A program made the position numbers and the translations under genes. The notes beneath the pieces are model-generated. The model was not told the DNA's origin and made no database searches. It worked only from the letters and a program-made list of their open reading frames with translations. Shown piece after piece: positions 12,800-26,477 of a DNA stretch of 64,000 nucleotides (its first letter is position 1; each line of letters begins with the position of its first letter). The DNA comes from Tubiluchus corallicola. Taxonomy: Eukaryota > Animalia > Priapulida. The stretch covers positions 22,594-86,593 of the forward strand of contig JAQGDQ010000818.1 in assembly GCA_030141605.1 (NCBI GenBank). The letters are read 5' to 3'.

Positions 12800-13224
12800 G
12801 GTTACCAATTCTTATTATACACGGCTTCTTAAACTAACATTGGTTAGACGACACAACAACCTCTTCCTGCGAAACACGCAAATTCTCATTTTCACCGCAC
12901 TGAGATGTATCCAATCTGCTTGAGATTCATTGTTGTATACAACAGCAATATGATGTCCTGCAAACAAAAAAACAACTGACGTAAGATAATAATTTCAAAG
13001 TCGAGTCCATAGGGAAATGCTGGCAGTCACATAATTCAATGTTTAGCAAAAACATAGATTTTGTGGGCTTTGCTCATTTGCCCTAAAATGTCAGTTTTTC
13101 TAAATACTAGTAGGATGCAAACAATACATAAAATACTTCAAGTGCCTAGAAACACTAGGTAATTTAGACATCTGTCGTTGATTTTCTAGGGTGCTCAGGC
13201 TAGCAACTACAAAAATTACTTTAA

Positions 13225-14505
13225 TAACTCCCACGCATCGGTAAACTCGATACGCCGAACTCCTATAGCCGAACCTAATTACTCCATCTCCCACGCATCG
13301 GTAGACTCGATACTGCTGAGCTCCTATAGCTGAACCTAATTACTCCATCTCCCACGCATCGGTAAACTCGATACTGCTGAACTCCTATAGCCGAACCTAA
13401 TTACTCCATCTCCCATGCATCGGTAGACTCGATACTGCTGAGCTCCTATAGCCGAACCTAATTACTCCATCTCCCACGCATCGGTAAACTCGATACAGGT
13501 GAACTCCTATAGCCGAACCAAATTACTCCATCTCCCATGCATCGGTAAACTCGATACCGCTGAACTCCTATAGCCGAACCTAATTACTCCATCTCCCACG
13601 CATTGGTAAACTCGATACTGCTGAACTCCTATAGCCGAACCTAATTACTCCATCTCCCACGCATTGGTAGACTCGATACTACTGAACTTCTATAGCTGAA
13701 CCTAATGACTCCATCTCCCACGCATCGGTAGACTCGATACTGCTGAACTCCTATAGCCGAACCTAATTACTCCATCTCCCACGCATCGGTAGACTCGATA
13801 CTGCTGAACTCCTATAGCCGAACCTAATTACTCCATCTCCCACGCATCGGTAGACTCGATACTGCCGAACTCCTAAAGCCGAACCTAATTACTCCATCTC
13901 CCACGCATCGGTAGACTCGATAACGCTGAACTCCTATAGCTGAACCTAATTACTCCATCTCCCACGCATCGGTAGACTCGATACCGCTGAACTCCTAAGG
14001 CCGAACCTAATTACTCCATCTCCCACGCATCGGTAAACTCGATACTGCTGAACTCCTAAGCCGAACCCAATGACTCCATCTCCCACGCATCGGTAGACTC
14101 GATACTGCTGAACTCCTATAGCTGAACCTAATGACTCCATCTCCCACGCATCGGTAGACTCGATACGCTGAACTCCTACAGCCGAACCTAATTACTCCAT
14201 CTCCCACGCATCGGTAGACTCGATACTGCTGAACTCCTATAGCTGAACCCAATGACTCCATCTCCTACGCATCGGTAAACTCGATACGCTGAACTCCTAC
14301 AGTCGAACCTAATTACTCCATCTCCTACGCATCGGTAAACTCGATACGCTGAACTCCTACAGCCGAACCTAATTACTCCATCTCCTACGCATCGGTAAAC
14401 TCGATACCGCTGAACTCCTAAAGCCGAACCTAATTACTCCATCTCCCACGCATCGGTAAACTCGATACCGCTGAACTCCTAAAGCCGAACCTAATTACTC
14501 CATTT
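13225..14505. repeat. Minisatellite, ~61-bp unit, ~21 copies
   Basis: actccatctcccacgcatcggtagactcgatactgctgaactcctatagccgaacctaatt. Confidence 0.95.
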
Positions 14506-14789
14506 CTTTTTATGCTCACAGGCACTAGACCTATTTAACAGATGCTTGATGTAACCATTTCTTACGAGTTTAGGTATAAAGCTAGTCACGTTTAGTATTA
14601 ACTACGACTGCTACTAATGAATTCCATGCATACGCGTTACATTTTGATAATTTTCAGCATTGGCCCTTTGTTTGAACAACTTGACATTATGGTCCGTGGT
14701 ATTCAAAAGTAACGAGTTAACAATAACAAAGTAACTTTTCAGTAATAAGTAACCTGGCAAACTACTTTCCTAAACAAATAATGTGGAAA

Positions 14790-14892
14790 CTACACGTTAC
14801 TACAGTAATTGGTACATTACACATTACTACAGTAATTGGTACATTACACATTACTACAGTAACTGGTACATTACACATTACTACAGTAATTG
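14790..14892. repeat. Tandem repeat, 27-bp unit, ~4 copies
   Basis: tacacattactacagtaattggtacat. Confidence 0.8.
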
Positions 14893-15117
14893 TGGTATGT
14901 GTTCTATGGAATGAGTGCATAATTAATTTCTAGTGAACAATTTGAAATATGATTGTACTACACCTTCAAAGTACAATGCACAACACTTGTCCTTGGCTAT
15001 GCTTTGCTAGCCAGACAATAAGTAGACATGCTGCTTTTATGCCATTGGCTGTTTGAACAAGGCTGCTCTTCACATGATTTAATTGACTTATATATAAATG
15101 GCGGTGATGCATTAAAA

Positions 15118-15530
15118 TGGTACAATGTTATAGACAGTGGTACAATGTTATAGACAGTGGTACAATGTTATATACAACGGTACAATGTTATAGACAGTGG
15201 TACAATGTTATAGACAGTGGTACAATGTTATATACAACGGTACAATGTTATAGACAGTGGTACAATGTTATATACAACGGTACAATGTTATAGACAGTGG
15301 TACAATGTTATAGACAGTGGTACAATGTTATATACAGTGGTACAATGTTATATACAATGGTACAATGTTATAGACAGTGGTACAATGTTATATACAATGG
15401 TACAATGTTATAGACAGTGGTACAATGTTATAGACAGTGGTACAATGTTATAGACAGTGGTACAATGTTATATACAATGGTACAATGTTATATACAGTGG
15501 CACAGTGTTATAGAGAGTTATATACAGTGC
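15118..15530. repeat. Minisatellite, 20-bp unit, ~20 copies
   Basis: tacaatgttata(g/t)aca(g/a)(t/c)gg. Confidence 0.93.
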
Positions 15531-15878
15531 TCAGAATTACATTGTGCTACCACAACAACTACTCAGTAATAGAACACAGCAAAGAGTTGATCTTAACTTT
15601 AGATTGTCCTTTGAGTAGTGGCGTCGAGAACTACGCCAGTATGGCACTTCTCGAGTAAAAGTGTTTATTCATGTTTGCTTGGATCTGCCCTTGCAAATCT
15701 GTTTCATAGTATACATTTAACTCTATGCAAAGCTTAAAGTGTGCAATTTGCCTAAACTAAGTCATGCCCAATTGGCCATGTAATCATTTACACATAAGCT
15801 CCCTTCTCGCTCGGAATATATATATATATAGTTGTAATCTTGCCAAAATTTTCCTAGCTAGCTTGGGGGTGACATAAC

Positions 15879-16245
15879 TGTTGTGGAGATCCCCGGGATC
15901 TATTAGAATTATTACATAGAACATTGTAGAATGTTCCGACGGAATGACCGTCTCGCCGTCTGGAATGTTCTGGAACATTAGTTCTGGAAGTTTCTTCAGC
16001 GCGCTATATAAGGCGAAGCAGGCCGCCGACAAGAGATCGCACAGAGCACGAAGATCTCGCACAGACGTATACTTACACATTCTCTTGTATACTTACATTT
16101 TCAGATATACTTAAACATTTTCCAGATTTTCACGTTTAGTGTAATCATTTCGTGTTGTAGAATTCTCGCATAATAAACTAGTTTAATTTAACGACGTGTT
16201 TTCTGGTGTTCTCTACGAGTCTTCCGAGAGAAACAAAACAAAACA
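15879..16245 (+). mobile_element. Solo LTR, copy 1 (BEL/Gypsy-like ends)
   Basis: TGTTG..AACA termini, 5-bp TSD ATAAC, TATATAA at 16005-16011, AATAAA at 16172-16177; homologous to 45504-45874 and 46672-47036. Confidence 0.85.
15918..16011 (+). promoter_or_regulatory. Heat-shock-element cluster plus TATA box inside the solo LTR
   Basis: aGAAcaTTGtaGAAtgTTCc (15918), gGAAtgTTCtgGAAc (15962), gTTCtgGAAgtTTCt (15981), then TATATAA; matches the inverted nGAAn array bound by HSF. Function is inferred. Confidence 0.6.
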
Positions 16246-16529
16246 ATAACACTGCATCATGTCGCTCCACCTCCTCATTATCGAAGATAGAGGGCAAGAA
16301 CTAGGTATGTGGTTGTTACATTGTATTTAATCTTATAATTCGTACTCTTTTCACTCATGTTTATTTGCATGTAACACTGTCATAAAGTAGCAATGGCTTT
16401 AACTTTAATAATGTAGCATTGGCTGTATATCTTTCCTAATGTAACATCAGCTGTATTAAATCATGACATTTCCATTGGTTATGTATCAATCATTGTAAAT
16501 ACAACATAACTCAAATGTATATGTTAAAT

Positions 16530-16990
16530 CAGGGGTGTGCAAATTGCGGCCCGCGAATAGATTTGTCAACCTAATCAAAGTGCGGCCCGGGCGATTAATT
16601 GAGTGTATCCAGCTGAAGTCCGTGCCACGATCCCAAAGATAGTACGGGTAGTTTTTTCTACTAGATCGGATGCCATTAACCCTTACAAGACGGTTGTAGC
16701 TTAATAACACTGTACTACACAGACTGTGTGCCCCACATTACTAATATGCATTATAATGAAATTACCACTATCTGTCCTGAAAGTAGAAATATATGGTTTG
16801 TAATATAAATTTTAATATCTTCTAAAATAGTTTCTTGAATGTAGTAGTAATGATGTATGCAGGTCGGATGCAAAAAAAATCGTTATTGGGCCTTTCTGTA
16901 CTTGGCTCCTTGATCAAACTGCCTGTGGCCCGCAGGAATTGCGGGAAAGTTTAATGTGGCCCGGCTAGTCGGATAATTTGCACACCCCTG
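16530..16990 (+). mobile_element. hAT-type MITE family A, copy 2
   Basis: TIRs CAGGGGTGTGCAAATT / AATTTGCACACCCCTG. Confidence 0.88.
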
Positions 16991-19900
16991 TAGTAAACAG
17001 TATATTATTTACCTAGAATTTTGCTATCAACAAATTCAAATCGCACACATTTTCCACCTCACGAAATGGGGAAATAAACATAAACTAGGGTTTTCACTCA
17101 CCAAATAATCGTATTCCCACCTATATCTAAAATTACAACTTTTTACTAAGAGCTAAAAGGTTAAAATTAAATTTATTTACAAAATAGCAAATAAAATAAC
17201 AAAACATCGTTCGCGACAAGTTGACTTTGAAATAATGTCAAGTTAACATTAAACAGGAAAGACGATTAACAGAGGTTCTACTAGTGTATAAAAATCAACC
17301 GTAAAAAGCTGGAACCTTTTAATTTAAAACTTCGATTTCTGACATCGTAACATTTCACAGTTACTACAAAATGTAATAATTTCTGCCGCAGAAGCTTGAT
17401 AGGCTAGAGTTAAGCCATAAATTAAAACGTAAAAAACTGCAAAACAGTAAATTCCATCAACAACAGTGTGTCTTTCCTAGACCTTATCATTTCATGCAGT
17501 CTGGCTCTTTGCCATCTTATTCATGTCTAAAATAAAAACAAACTGAAAATTCTGCTCAAACATCTTAGACTAAGTACACAAAATGTTTACCCATGTTAAT
17601 TCAACTTCTGGATATACATGTAATCTTATAATGTAATCCGAGGAAAGAATTCCGGGATCGCTATCATGCTATAATTTATAGTAGTAATAGTATATTATAG
17701 TATATTAGACGTCCTATTACTACTAGTATTATTCAACCTAACTTTTCAATAACTATTTCCTTGGGCTTTTAAAATGTACATGGAATTTTTGCAACCGCTT
17801 TCAAACTTTTATTAGTTTAAATCTGAACATGTAGCTATAAGATACCCTACGGATGACATTTACAACGCATTTTTCTAGAAAACGTTTTAATTTTACGCTT
17901 TCATCAAGTGCACTTCTAAAATTTACGGTATAAAAAATAAAACTATTTACTTACTTTTGTTCGAAACGTAGAAGTCATCCTCTAAGTAAAACTATTAGCT
18001 AACAAACTGAAAACAAATAATTATTAACGTTTTATTTCCACCACACACCACAAACAATTTTGCAATAAGCATCAAGGATCAAACGGATTCATCCGATCCA
18101 GTGCAGACTGTAGATGCAAACAAATCCAACATCGCGCAAATAGCTAATGACTTCCAGTTTGATAAATCGCCGTCAGAGGACCAAAAAGCTTACCATGTGA
18201 CAAAGCCATCATCTCAGTATCAAACCCACTAGAGTCATAATAACGTAAAAAGATTAGAAGGCGTACAGATTTCGAAACCTCAATCAATGTACATGTTGTA
18301 CGGTCTTTATATATTTGATTAAACTATGTTTCAACTTATTATAAAGGGATTAGTTTTTTACCACCTTTTCCATTCCTACTTGTAGTACATAACGTGACCT
18401 TTCCTGCGAGGGGCTACAAAAACAACGAGTTATAGTTGTCGGGAAATCGCATATATATTTCCCGAAGATCAATTTAATTTTATGTGTCTATAAAATCCCC
18501 CATAAATCTCTAGCATTTTTTCTGATTAATGAATATTCCTTTAACTACAGTCTTATGATATAGCCTTGAATGTTAGACTTAGATTTGCCCTTAGAATAGG
18601 TCTGTAGGTAGTTTCAGACCATGCAAGTATGCATGTATGCATTGCATGAAGCCCAGTATTTAGATTAATTTATGAAGCAAAAGTTTATATAAGGCTGCTC
18701 GACATGAGCAACGAGGACGACTCACTTAGCTTTCACTGGCTAACAGAACAAGTCCCTCTATACAGGCCTATAGTGCTAAATTATAGTTAATATTATGGTG
18801 CACCTAACTTGAATTTATGTTATGCCTTATAAGGTGATTATTGAGCTTTAGTGCATTATGCTATTTGTGATAATATGCTATTCATGTAATTGGTAAAATG
18901 TAAGTAAACATTTATGATAGTTAACTAATACGATAGATTTGTGAAATTTGTAATGTGAACATCAAACTATAATTTGTGAAGTATGTATTGTTAATGAATT
19001 CAATGAATAATTATTTGTTTTGTTGTGGCCACATTTTAATCAAATCTTACCTTTTTTATTGTTGGTATATGAACATTTGTATGTAGATAAGTACGAATGA
19101 CTAAAGGTGTGAGACACAAACAATTAAAGTAATACATATCGAGGTTTCCTTAAAAATGGATAATTGCATAACCTTATCTTAACGACAATCATAAAAAGAT
19201 TTCTGACAGTTTCAGTCCTGTTACAAATAGATAACCAGGTTAACGTACCATAGGTTTCTCCCTTGAGTTTTATTAACGTAAAAATCACATACAATAAAAT
19301 AAATTTTCGATAATAGTACAGAAGAATTTATTACATCAAAGTCATGGGGAATTTCCTGAATCAGGAAGGAATCTGTCGTGTCTTCAATATTTAATCATTA
19401 TCATTACCCTTTACATCAATAATTTACGGCCAGGCAGAGTTCTGATATAAAAAACATGCTGACAAGATAGATAAGCACTTCAGTAATTCAGAGAACTAAA
19501 CTAGATAGCAATATGCCAAAAGCTTGCTAGCACCACTTTTGGGCATGCATGTTGAACAGCCTACAATCTGAAGAAATGGAATTGAATTATTCTGAAATCC
19601 ACCAGAACTCAAAGGCAAAGTGAAGGCATCAAAGAAAACGCCATCCAGCCAGCGGTATTAAAAAAACAAGATTGTGAGACATTTGCAATGTGTGAAATGA
19701 TCTCTTCGTGAAATTTTTCAAGATTAACGGCTGTGCGAGACATATGAGGCCACCCAACTAAATATTGTAGTAGACGGATTATCTACTTATTCAGCAATAC
19801 ATTGATTCAATAAAATTTGTTTTATGTTCGTTGTTTTTTGCCCATCCTGCAAAATGTTAGGTTGCATCCTGTATCTTGGATGCCAATGATTTATTATTGT

Positions 19901-22718
19901 GTTCTTCAAATTTAAGGAGATAATTATACAGAATTATCTGCAGATCTTTGCTGCACCATTGTCAATGCAGGGCAACCTTTGCTTACAGTGTGTTACATTA
20001 TTGATAAGTAATATTGATGTTAATAAGTATTTTGGCTAGCTGTCAGCTTGTCATTCAAAAGCGTGCCCAATTGGTCACCTCTATTACAGATCCATTGCAT
20101 GCTGTTGAGTCTAGCCATGTTTAATCTTCAAAAATTTAATCTATGCTTGCTGACTGTCGTCCAAACTAATTTTAGCCGAAGTTGATAAAACCTAATTTTT
20201 AACATGAACGGAGTAGTCAGCAGTCATAACTGTAAAAAAATTACAGGTAGCAAATGGTTACAAACACTGGTTGCCACTCAGGTGTGACTTGTTTTAGAGT
20301 TTGAAACTTGTACTTGCTTGTTGCTTCTAAAATTCAATAGTAGCACATAACTGCTCTACAATATTTATTTAGCATGCGCATTGCTCTAGAGTGGTCATAG
20401 TTCCATCAGCACTTGCTGCTGCTTAAAACTCTTCAGCTCAAAGCACAATAATCACATTCTTACCAAAAAATGTAGGAAGCTGGGCCTCTCTCAGGTCGAG
20501 TATTACATGCCGTGCAGTTCGTAACTGACATGATACCATACATATTAAAACACTATAATGTAAACCCCATATCACCGAAGTTAATATTGATGACATGTAT
20601 TGAGTGATTATATCATTAGATGATACTAGATATTCTGTGGTATTCAACACTAACTACTTTATATTTCCTGATACTAAGGATATAAACTCTTAGGGCTGGC
20701 TTTTTGTCTGTCCCGGATATGGATAAAGTTTACTTTATGATATCAAACCAACATCAGCGAATGTTGTCTTATGACATATGTTTTTCTTTCCCAGTTTCTT
20801 GTCCCTTCCATTTTAGATCCTGCCTTACTCTTTCCTGTCCTTTTATCTAACCTTAGCATTTTGTTTTACTGCATAGTATCCATTGCCCTACTTTTTTTCC
20901 TTGCCAGTCTCTTTCATCCTATAATATCTTGCCTTGTCTCAGTTGCTACGTCTGGCCTTATCCTGACAAGTCAATTATTGTTCTGCTTTTGTTTATTCTA
21001 CAGAAAATTTTCAATTGTAAATATGCAGTATGTAAGATTATTTAGTAATATTGATGATAAAACAATAAAATTCACCACATTGTAAATTAATAGTATTATA
21101 ATATATTATGCATTCTTTTAATATTGTAGACCATAAATCATTTTAAGCTACAATCTGAAACTGGTTGCCATTTGCTCTTAAGCTTAGTCACATAATTATT
21201 TTTTATAATTGTTGCCTACTTATGGTAAATACACAAGTTTTGTGTGATGACATTATAGCAACAACTGCTGCCATATCACTTCCATCAGCTTGTCAAAATC
21301 TGTTAATCCTAATTAAGGGACAGACTTGTCATTCAAATTTTCTCTTGGTATGGTGTCTCGTAGGTTCGTGAAATAAGTTCCCAGAAATTGCAAGCAGTTA
21401 TATACTTCATAAAAATCATACTGTTATTATAAAACAAAATATTAGATTAAATTACATTTACTGGCAAAAATCACATTTATGCTTATACATAAAATAAAAT
21501 ATGTCTTATATTATTGCATTACTATTGCGTTACTATAATAATTATGATTAAAATTATTACTTATCAGTGATCAATGGTCCGCACATTCGTTAGTCGTTCT
21601 GGCAATAAAGCCAGAATGAATTGTCTGTAATAAGGGATCCACAGTGAATCGAGAGCCAAATTTACTCTACCTTAGCATTCCAATGTTTCAATATGGACGT
21701 TATGGTTTCAAAAACGACGTCAAAATCAGAAATATAATGCAGATAACTTAGTTTTCATTAACTTTGGTCATTTTTCTGCTTCCAGATAGAACTGTGAAGT
21801 CAGGCATTGGCTGTTACTCTTCAAGTTAAACTCGAGGATTGGCAGTAACATATCTAGGTTGGAACATACTTAAAACTAAAAGTAAGTAAGGCAGGTTATG
21901 GAGAATATGACCGAGTATTTTTTAACCTGATCAAAATAATAAATCCGCTGTTACCAATGGGCCATTGATAAAAAATACAGTATCCGTCGTAAAATTCCGT
22001 ACGCTTTGATTCGCTGACCGTAAGAGCTCTATTGTGCGTTTTTATGTCATAAACTTACAGAGTATGACGTGGTGTGTCTTTTGCAAGAGTAGATGGAGTT
22101 GGCAATGCCATTATTGTGTTTTATAGTAGTTGTGCAATGAACTTCAACTAAAAAAATCTAAAATTGTTATTATAGCTCATCTTATAGTAGTTTAGTTTTT
22201 CTGTTCCAAAATAGTACTGCGAACAAACTGCCAGTGTCAGTAACAGCACAAAAGCAGTTGTCGATATTCGTAGTTACAGTATCTATATGATCATACATGA
22301 TTATGGTTCCTTTCTTGTTAACGTCGAAGCAAAATTTATTTTACAGTTAGACTCATGCTTAAAGGTGAAGAAAAGGGAATTTTAAATTATATCCGAAAGA
22401 ACTTTCCATACAAAATTTTATTACTTAGCATTACGCTTACCTGTTTGAAAGACTTGTGTAATTGAAAAAGAAAATTCTTAATAATTTAAAATGTCCACAC
22501 CAGCTGGTAAACTGCACTGTTTTACTATCCGAATGTGCATCACTGATTTTCCAAAAAATGCATTATTAATCTTATTAACAATATAAAGTAATTTAAACTT
22601 CAATAATTGTAATATACATCAAGAGATTCATGAACTCCTCCATATTATTGAGAATACTGCTATTAATTGTGTTGTGTTTGATACTGTTTTCAAAGGCAGT
22701 CAGGTGATTTGTGTAATG

Positions 22719-23350
22719 CAGGGATGAGAATTTTCCGATGATATGCGGAATTCCGAGTTTTTGGAAGACCAGTAGTGCCATTTTTGTAAATCGCATAAAT
22801 TCGTTGAGAAAATTTTTGGGGGTTGAACCTCGTTTTCGTTGAAATCGTAACCGAAACTTTCAGTAGCATTTTTTCGAGGTATTTATCTGGTTTACCTTTC
22901 ATTTCTTAGATGTTAAAAATCGCTCAAAAATTTTGGCTAAAATAGTTCAAAAAAAGCGTAAATATCGTTTATTTGATAATCTGTACGATTTGTAGAATGC
23001 CTTTTATGGCAATGCGGCATATCTTCATTGCTGAAAAATTTGAAGCTTTGAGGCCTACAGATACAAACAACCAAAATACCAGAGCATAATTTGAATATAA
23101 CCAAGTTTAATTTTATAATTTTAGAAATATAGGCAACAAAATATATGCAAAATCAAATTTGTTAATTTATTGAAGCTTCACGATCATATGTATCCTAGAT
23201 AGTTGGGTATTTTAAATTATGCATGAAACAAGGTAACTGATGTTTTTAGTCCACTTAGAGGCTCTCTATGGTCACAAAATTGCAATTTGTTGCTACCCTC
23301 AAACCCCGGCCTGTTTCAGAGTTTTTTGCAATTTGTCGTGATCATCCCAG
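22719..23350 (+). mobile_element. TIR MITE family B, copy 1 (divergent interior)
   Basis: CAGGGATGAGAATTTTCC..GATCATCCCAG; flanked by GTAATG direct repeat; ends shared with other copies. Confidence 0.75.
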
Positions 23351-23624
23351 GTAATGGGTCAGTTCTAACTGAAATTTGATGCATATGCATGTATGAATGA
23401 CTCAAAATGCATGTGACATATGACTGATGTGAGAGCTGACAAGTGTATTAGTTGCTGGCACTGCAACCCGTGTTTTGCTTTGGCTTTCTAAGAAATACAT
23501 AACTGTCATATTCAGTGTTGATCTTACAGGCTGTGTTACGGACATAACATTACTTTTAGTTTCATTGAAATGGGCTGCTACGACAACAAATAATGTGATC
23601 ATTTTCGTAGCTATGCTTTCTTGC

Positions 23625-24045
23625 ATAAAAAATTCTTTACCTATAAATAACTTCAAAAGAAATCTTAAAAGTGAAATCTTTTCTAATTATACAGAATAAA
23701 TCAATTTGATTAATTACGCTGCTGTCCCTGTCGGAATCCATCGCGTTGCTGGCTATGTCAATTTTTACATTTCTATAGTTCATGTTACTTTATACAGATA
23801 CCATCACATCTTTCTCCTTCTTTCTATTCTTTGTTAACCTTTCTTTCTACTCCTTTACTGCTCTTTTCTGTTACACTCAGTCCACATTCATTTGGGGTGC
23901 TCTAAACACTAATTACTTCTTGAGTACCCCACGATATGACATCTTGGCATCTTGTGTACATAATAATAAATATGTTATTAAATACTTTTATGTGCAATGC
24001 TGTAATGATCGTTGTGGATATATTTAATAAATAAATAAATTAAAT
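23625..24045 (+). mobile_element. CR1-group LINE 3' end
   Basis: IKNSLPINNFKRNLKSEIFSNYTE-stop, 3' UTR and (TAAA)n tail; inverted copy at 47245-47785. Confidence 0.75.
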
Positions 24046-24214
24046 AAAGTAAATAAAAAATAAATAGAGTAAAATGCTTTTAAGGTTTTTTATTTTCCTT
24101 TTGAATATAGCACATATATTGACTTGAAGCAAGCATGCTTGTAAAGATGAAGAACTGTTCTAACACAATGTGTACAGCACATTGAGGCTGAAGTGAAAAC
24201 CCCAGCAATTCACA

Positions 24215-24438
24215 ATGAAGAAACTGCTGAGACTCTCCCGTAGCAAGTCAAACGTCGGCGAAAGTGAATCGCAGAACAGCGCTGCCGGCGACACCTCTGC
24301 TGTTCAGATTGGATACAGCGTGGATTTGAAGGCAAAAGATTTTAATAAGCTTCATAAGGCAGCTTGGCAGGGTGACATGGACAAGTTGAAACAGCATGCA
24401 CGGAAGATTGACTTGAACTCAGTGGACAAAGATTTCAG
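24215..24438 (+). CDS. ANKRD26: ANKRD26-like ankyrin repeat protein, coding exon 1
   Basis: MKKLLRLS..GYSVDLKAKDFNKLHKAAWQGDMDKL..LNSVDKDFR resembles the ANKRD26/POTE family N-terminus (MKK..GY..KIHKAA..G..DK..R). Acceptor before 24111; phase-2 donor AG|gtattg. Confidence 0.85.
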
Positions 24439-24587
24439 GTATTGCCTTCTGCTTTGATTGAAAATTAGTTTTCAAAAATGGCATTATTGAATTTATTTGT
24501 TACAGCGAGTGTTTAGTTTAGATAAGAAAACTCGAAGAATTATGCATAAACATGTGCTGCACTCGTAATCTTTTATATTTACTTATC

Positions 24588-26350
24588 TATGTTTGGGAAA
24601 TCTTGCTTAAGTTGTAATGTTCGTTGTAAATGTTTGAGAAATCCTGCTTAAGTTTTAGTGCTTGTTGTAAATGTTTGGGAAATCCTGCTTAAGTTGTAGT
24701 GCTCATTGTAAATGTTTGAGAACTCCTGCTTAAGTTGTGATGCTCGTTGTAAATGTTTGAGAACTCCTGCTTAAGTTGTGATGCTTGTTGTAAATGTTTG
24801 GGAAATCCTGCTTAAGTTGTAGTGCTCGTTGTAAATGTTTGAAAAATCCTGCTTAAGTTGTAGTGCTCGTTATAAATGTTTGAAAAATCCTGCTTAAGTT
24901 GTAGTGCTTGTTGTAAATGTTTGAAAAATCCTGCTTAAGTTGTAGTGCTCGTTGTAAATGTTTGAAAAATCCTGCTTAAGTTGTAGTGCTTGTTGTAAAT
25001 GTTTGAAAAATCCTGCTTAAGTTGTAGTGCTCATTGTAAATGTTTGAGGACTCCTACTTAAGTTGTAGTGCTCATTGTAAATGTTTGAGAAATCCTGCTT
25101 AAGTTGTAGTGCTCGTTATAAATGTTTGAAAAATCCTGCTTAAGTTGTAGTGCTCGTTGTAAATGTTTGAAAAATCCTGCTTAAGTTGTAGTGCTCATTG
25201 TAAATGTTTGAAAAATCCTGCTTAAGTTGTAGTGCTCGTTGTAAATGTTTGAGAAATCCTGCTTAAGTTGTAGTGCCATTGTAAATGTTTGAGAACTCCT
25301 GCTTAAGTTGTAGTGCTCGTTATAAATGTTTGAAAAATCCTGCTTAAGTTGTAGTGCTCGTTATAAATGTTTGAAAAATCCTGCTTAAGTTGTAGTGCTT
25401 GTTGTAAATGTTTGAAAAATCCTGCTTAAGTTGTAGTGCTCATTGTAAATGTTTGAAAAATCCTGCTTAAGTTGTAGTGCTCGTTGTAAATTTTTGAAAA
25501 ATCCTGCTTAAGTTGTAGTGCTCATTGTAAATGTTTGAGAAATCCTGCTTAAGTTGTAGTGCTCATTGTAAATGTTTGAGAAATCCTGCTTAAGTTGTAG
25601 TGCTTGTTGTAAATGTTTGAAAAATCCTGCTTAAGTTGTAGTGCTTGTTGTAAATGTTTGAAAAATCCTGCTTAAGTTGTAGTGCTCATTGTAAATGTTT
25701 GAAAAATCCTGCTTAAGTTGTAGTGCTCGTTGTAAATGTTTGAAAAATCCTGCTTAAGTTGTAGTGCCGTTGTAAATGTTTGAGAAATCCTGCTTAAGTT
25801 GTAGTGCTCGTTATAAATGTTTGAGAAATCCTGCTTAAGTTGTAGTGCCATTGTAAATGTTTGAGAACTCCTGCTTAAGTTGTAGTGCTCGTTGTAACTG
25901 TTTGAGAAATCCTGCTTAAGTTGTAGTGCTCGTTGTAAATGTTTGAGAAATCCTGCTTAAGTTGTAGTGCTCGTTGTAAATGTTTGAAAAATCCTGCTTA
26001 AGTTGTAGTGCTCGTTGTAAATGTTTGAGAAATCCTGCTTAAGTTGTAGTGCTTGTTGTAAATGTTTGAGAAATCCTGCTTAAGTTGTAGTGCTCGTTGT
26101 AAATGTTTGAAAAATCCTGCTTAAGTTGTAGTGCTCGTTGTAAATGTTTGAGAAATCCTGCTTAAGTTGTAGTGCTTGTTGTAAATGTTTGAGAAATCCT
26201 GCTTAAGTTGTAATGCTTGTTGTAAATGTTTGAGAAATCCTGCTTAAGTTGTAATGTTCGTTGTAAATGTTTGAAAAATCCCGCTTAAATTGTAATGCTT
26301 ATTGTAAATGTTTGAATAATCCTGCTCAAATTGTAATGCTTATTGTAAAT
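24588..26350. repeat. Minisatellite, 41-bp unit, ~43 copies, filling intron 1
   Basis: gtttgagaaatcctgcttaagttgtagtgctcgttgtaaat. Confidence 0.95.
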
Positions 26351-26362
26351 GCTTTTTTATAG

Positions 26363-26477
26363 GACGCCGTTGCATTTAGCATGTGCTAAGGGTCACACAG
26401 CAGCAGCAAAATTTCTGGTTTCAAACGGGGCAAGTCTGAACCTGTGTGATAAAGACGACTTCACTCCATTAATGAAG
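26363..26477 (+). CDS. ANKRD26: ANKRD26-like, coding exon 2 (115 nt)
   Basis: ttttttatag| (R)TPLHLACAKGHTAAAKFLVSNGASLNLCDKDDFTPLMK |gtaaat; ankyrin consensus; phases 2 to 0. Confidence 0.92.
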
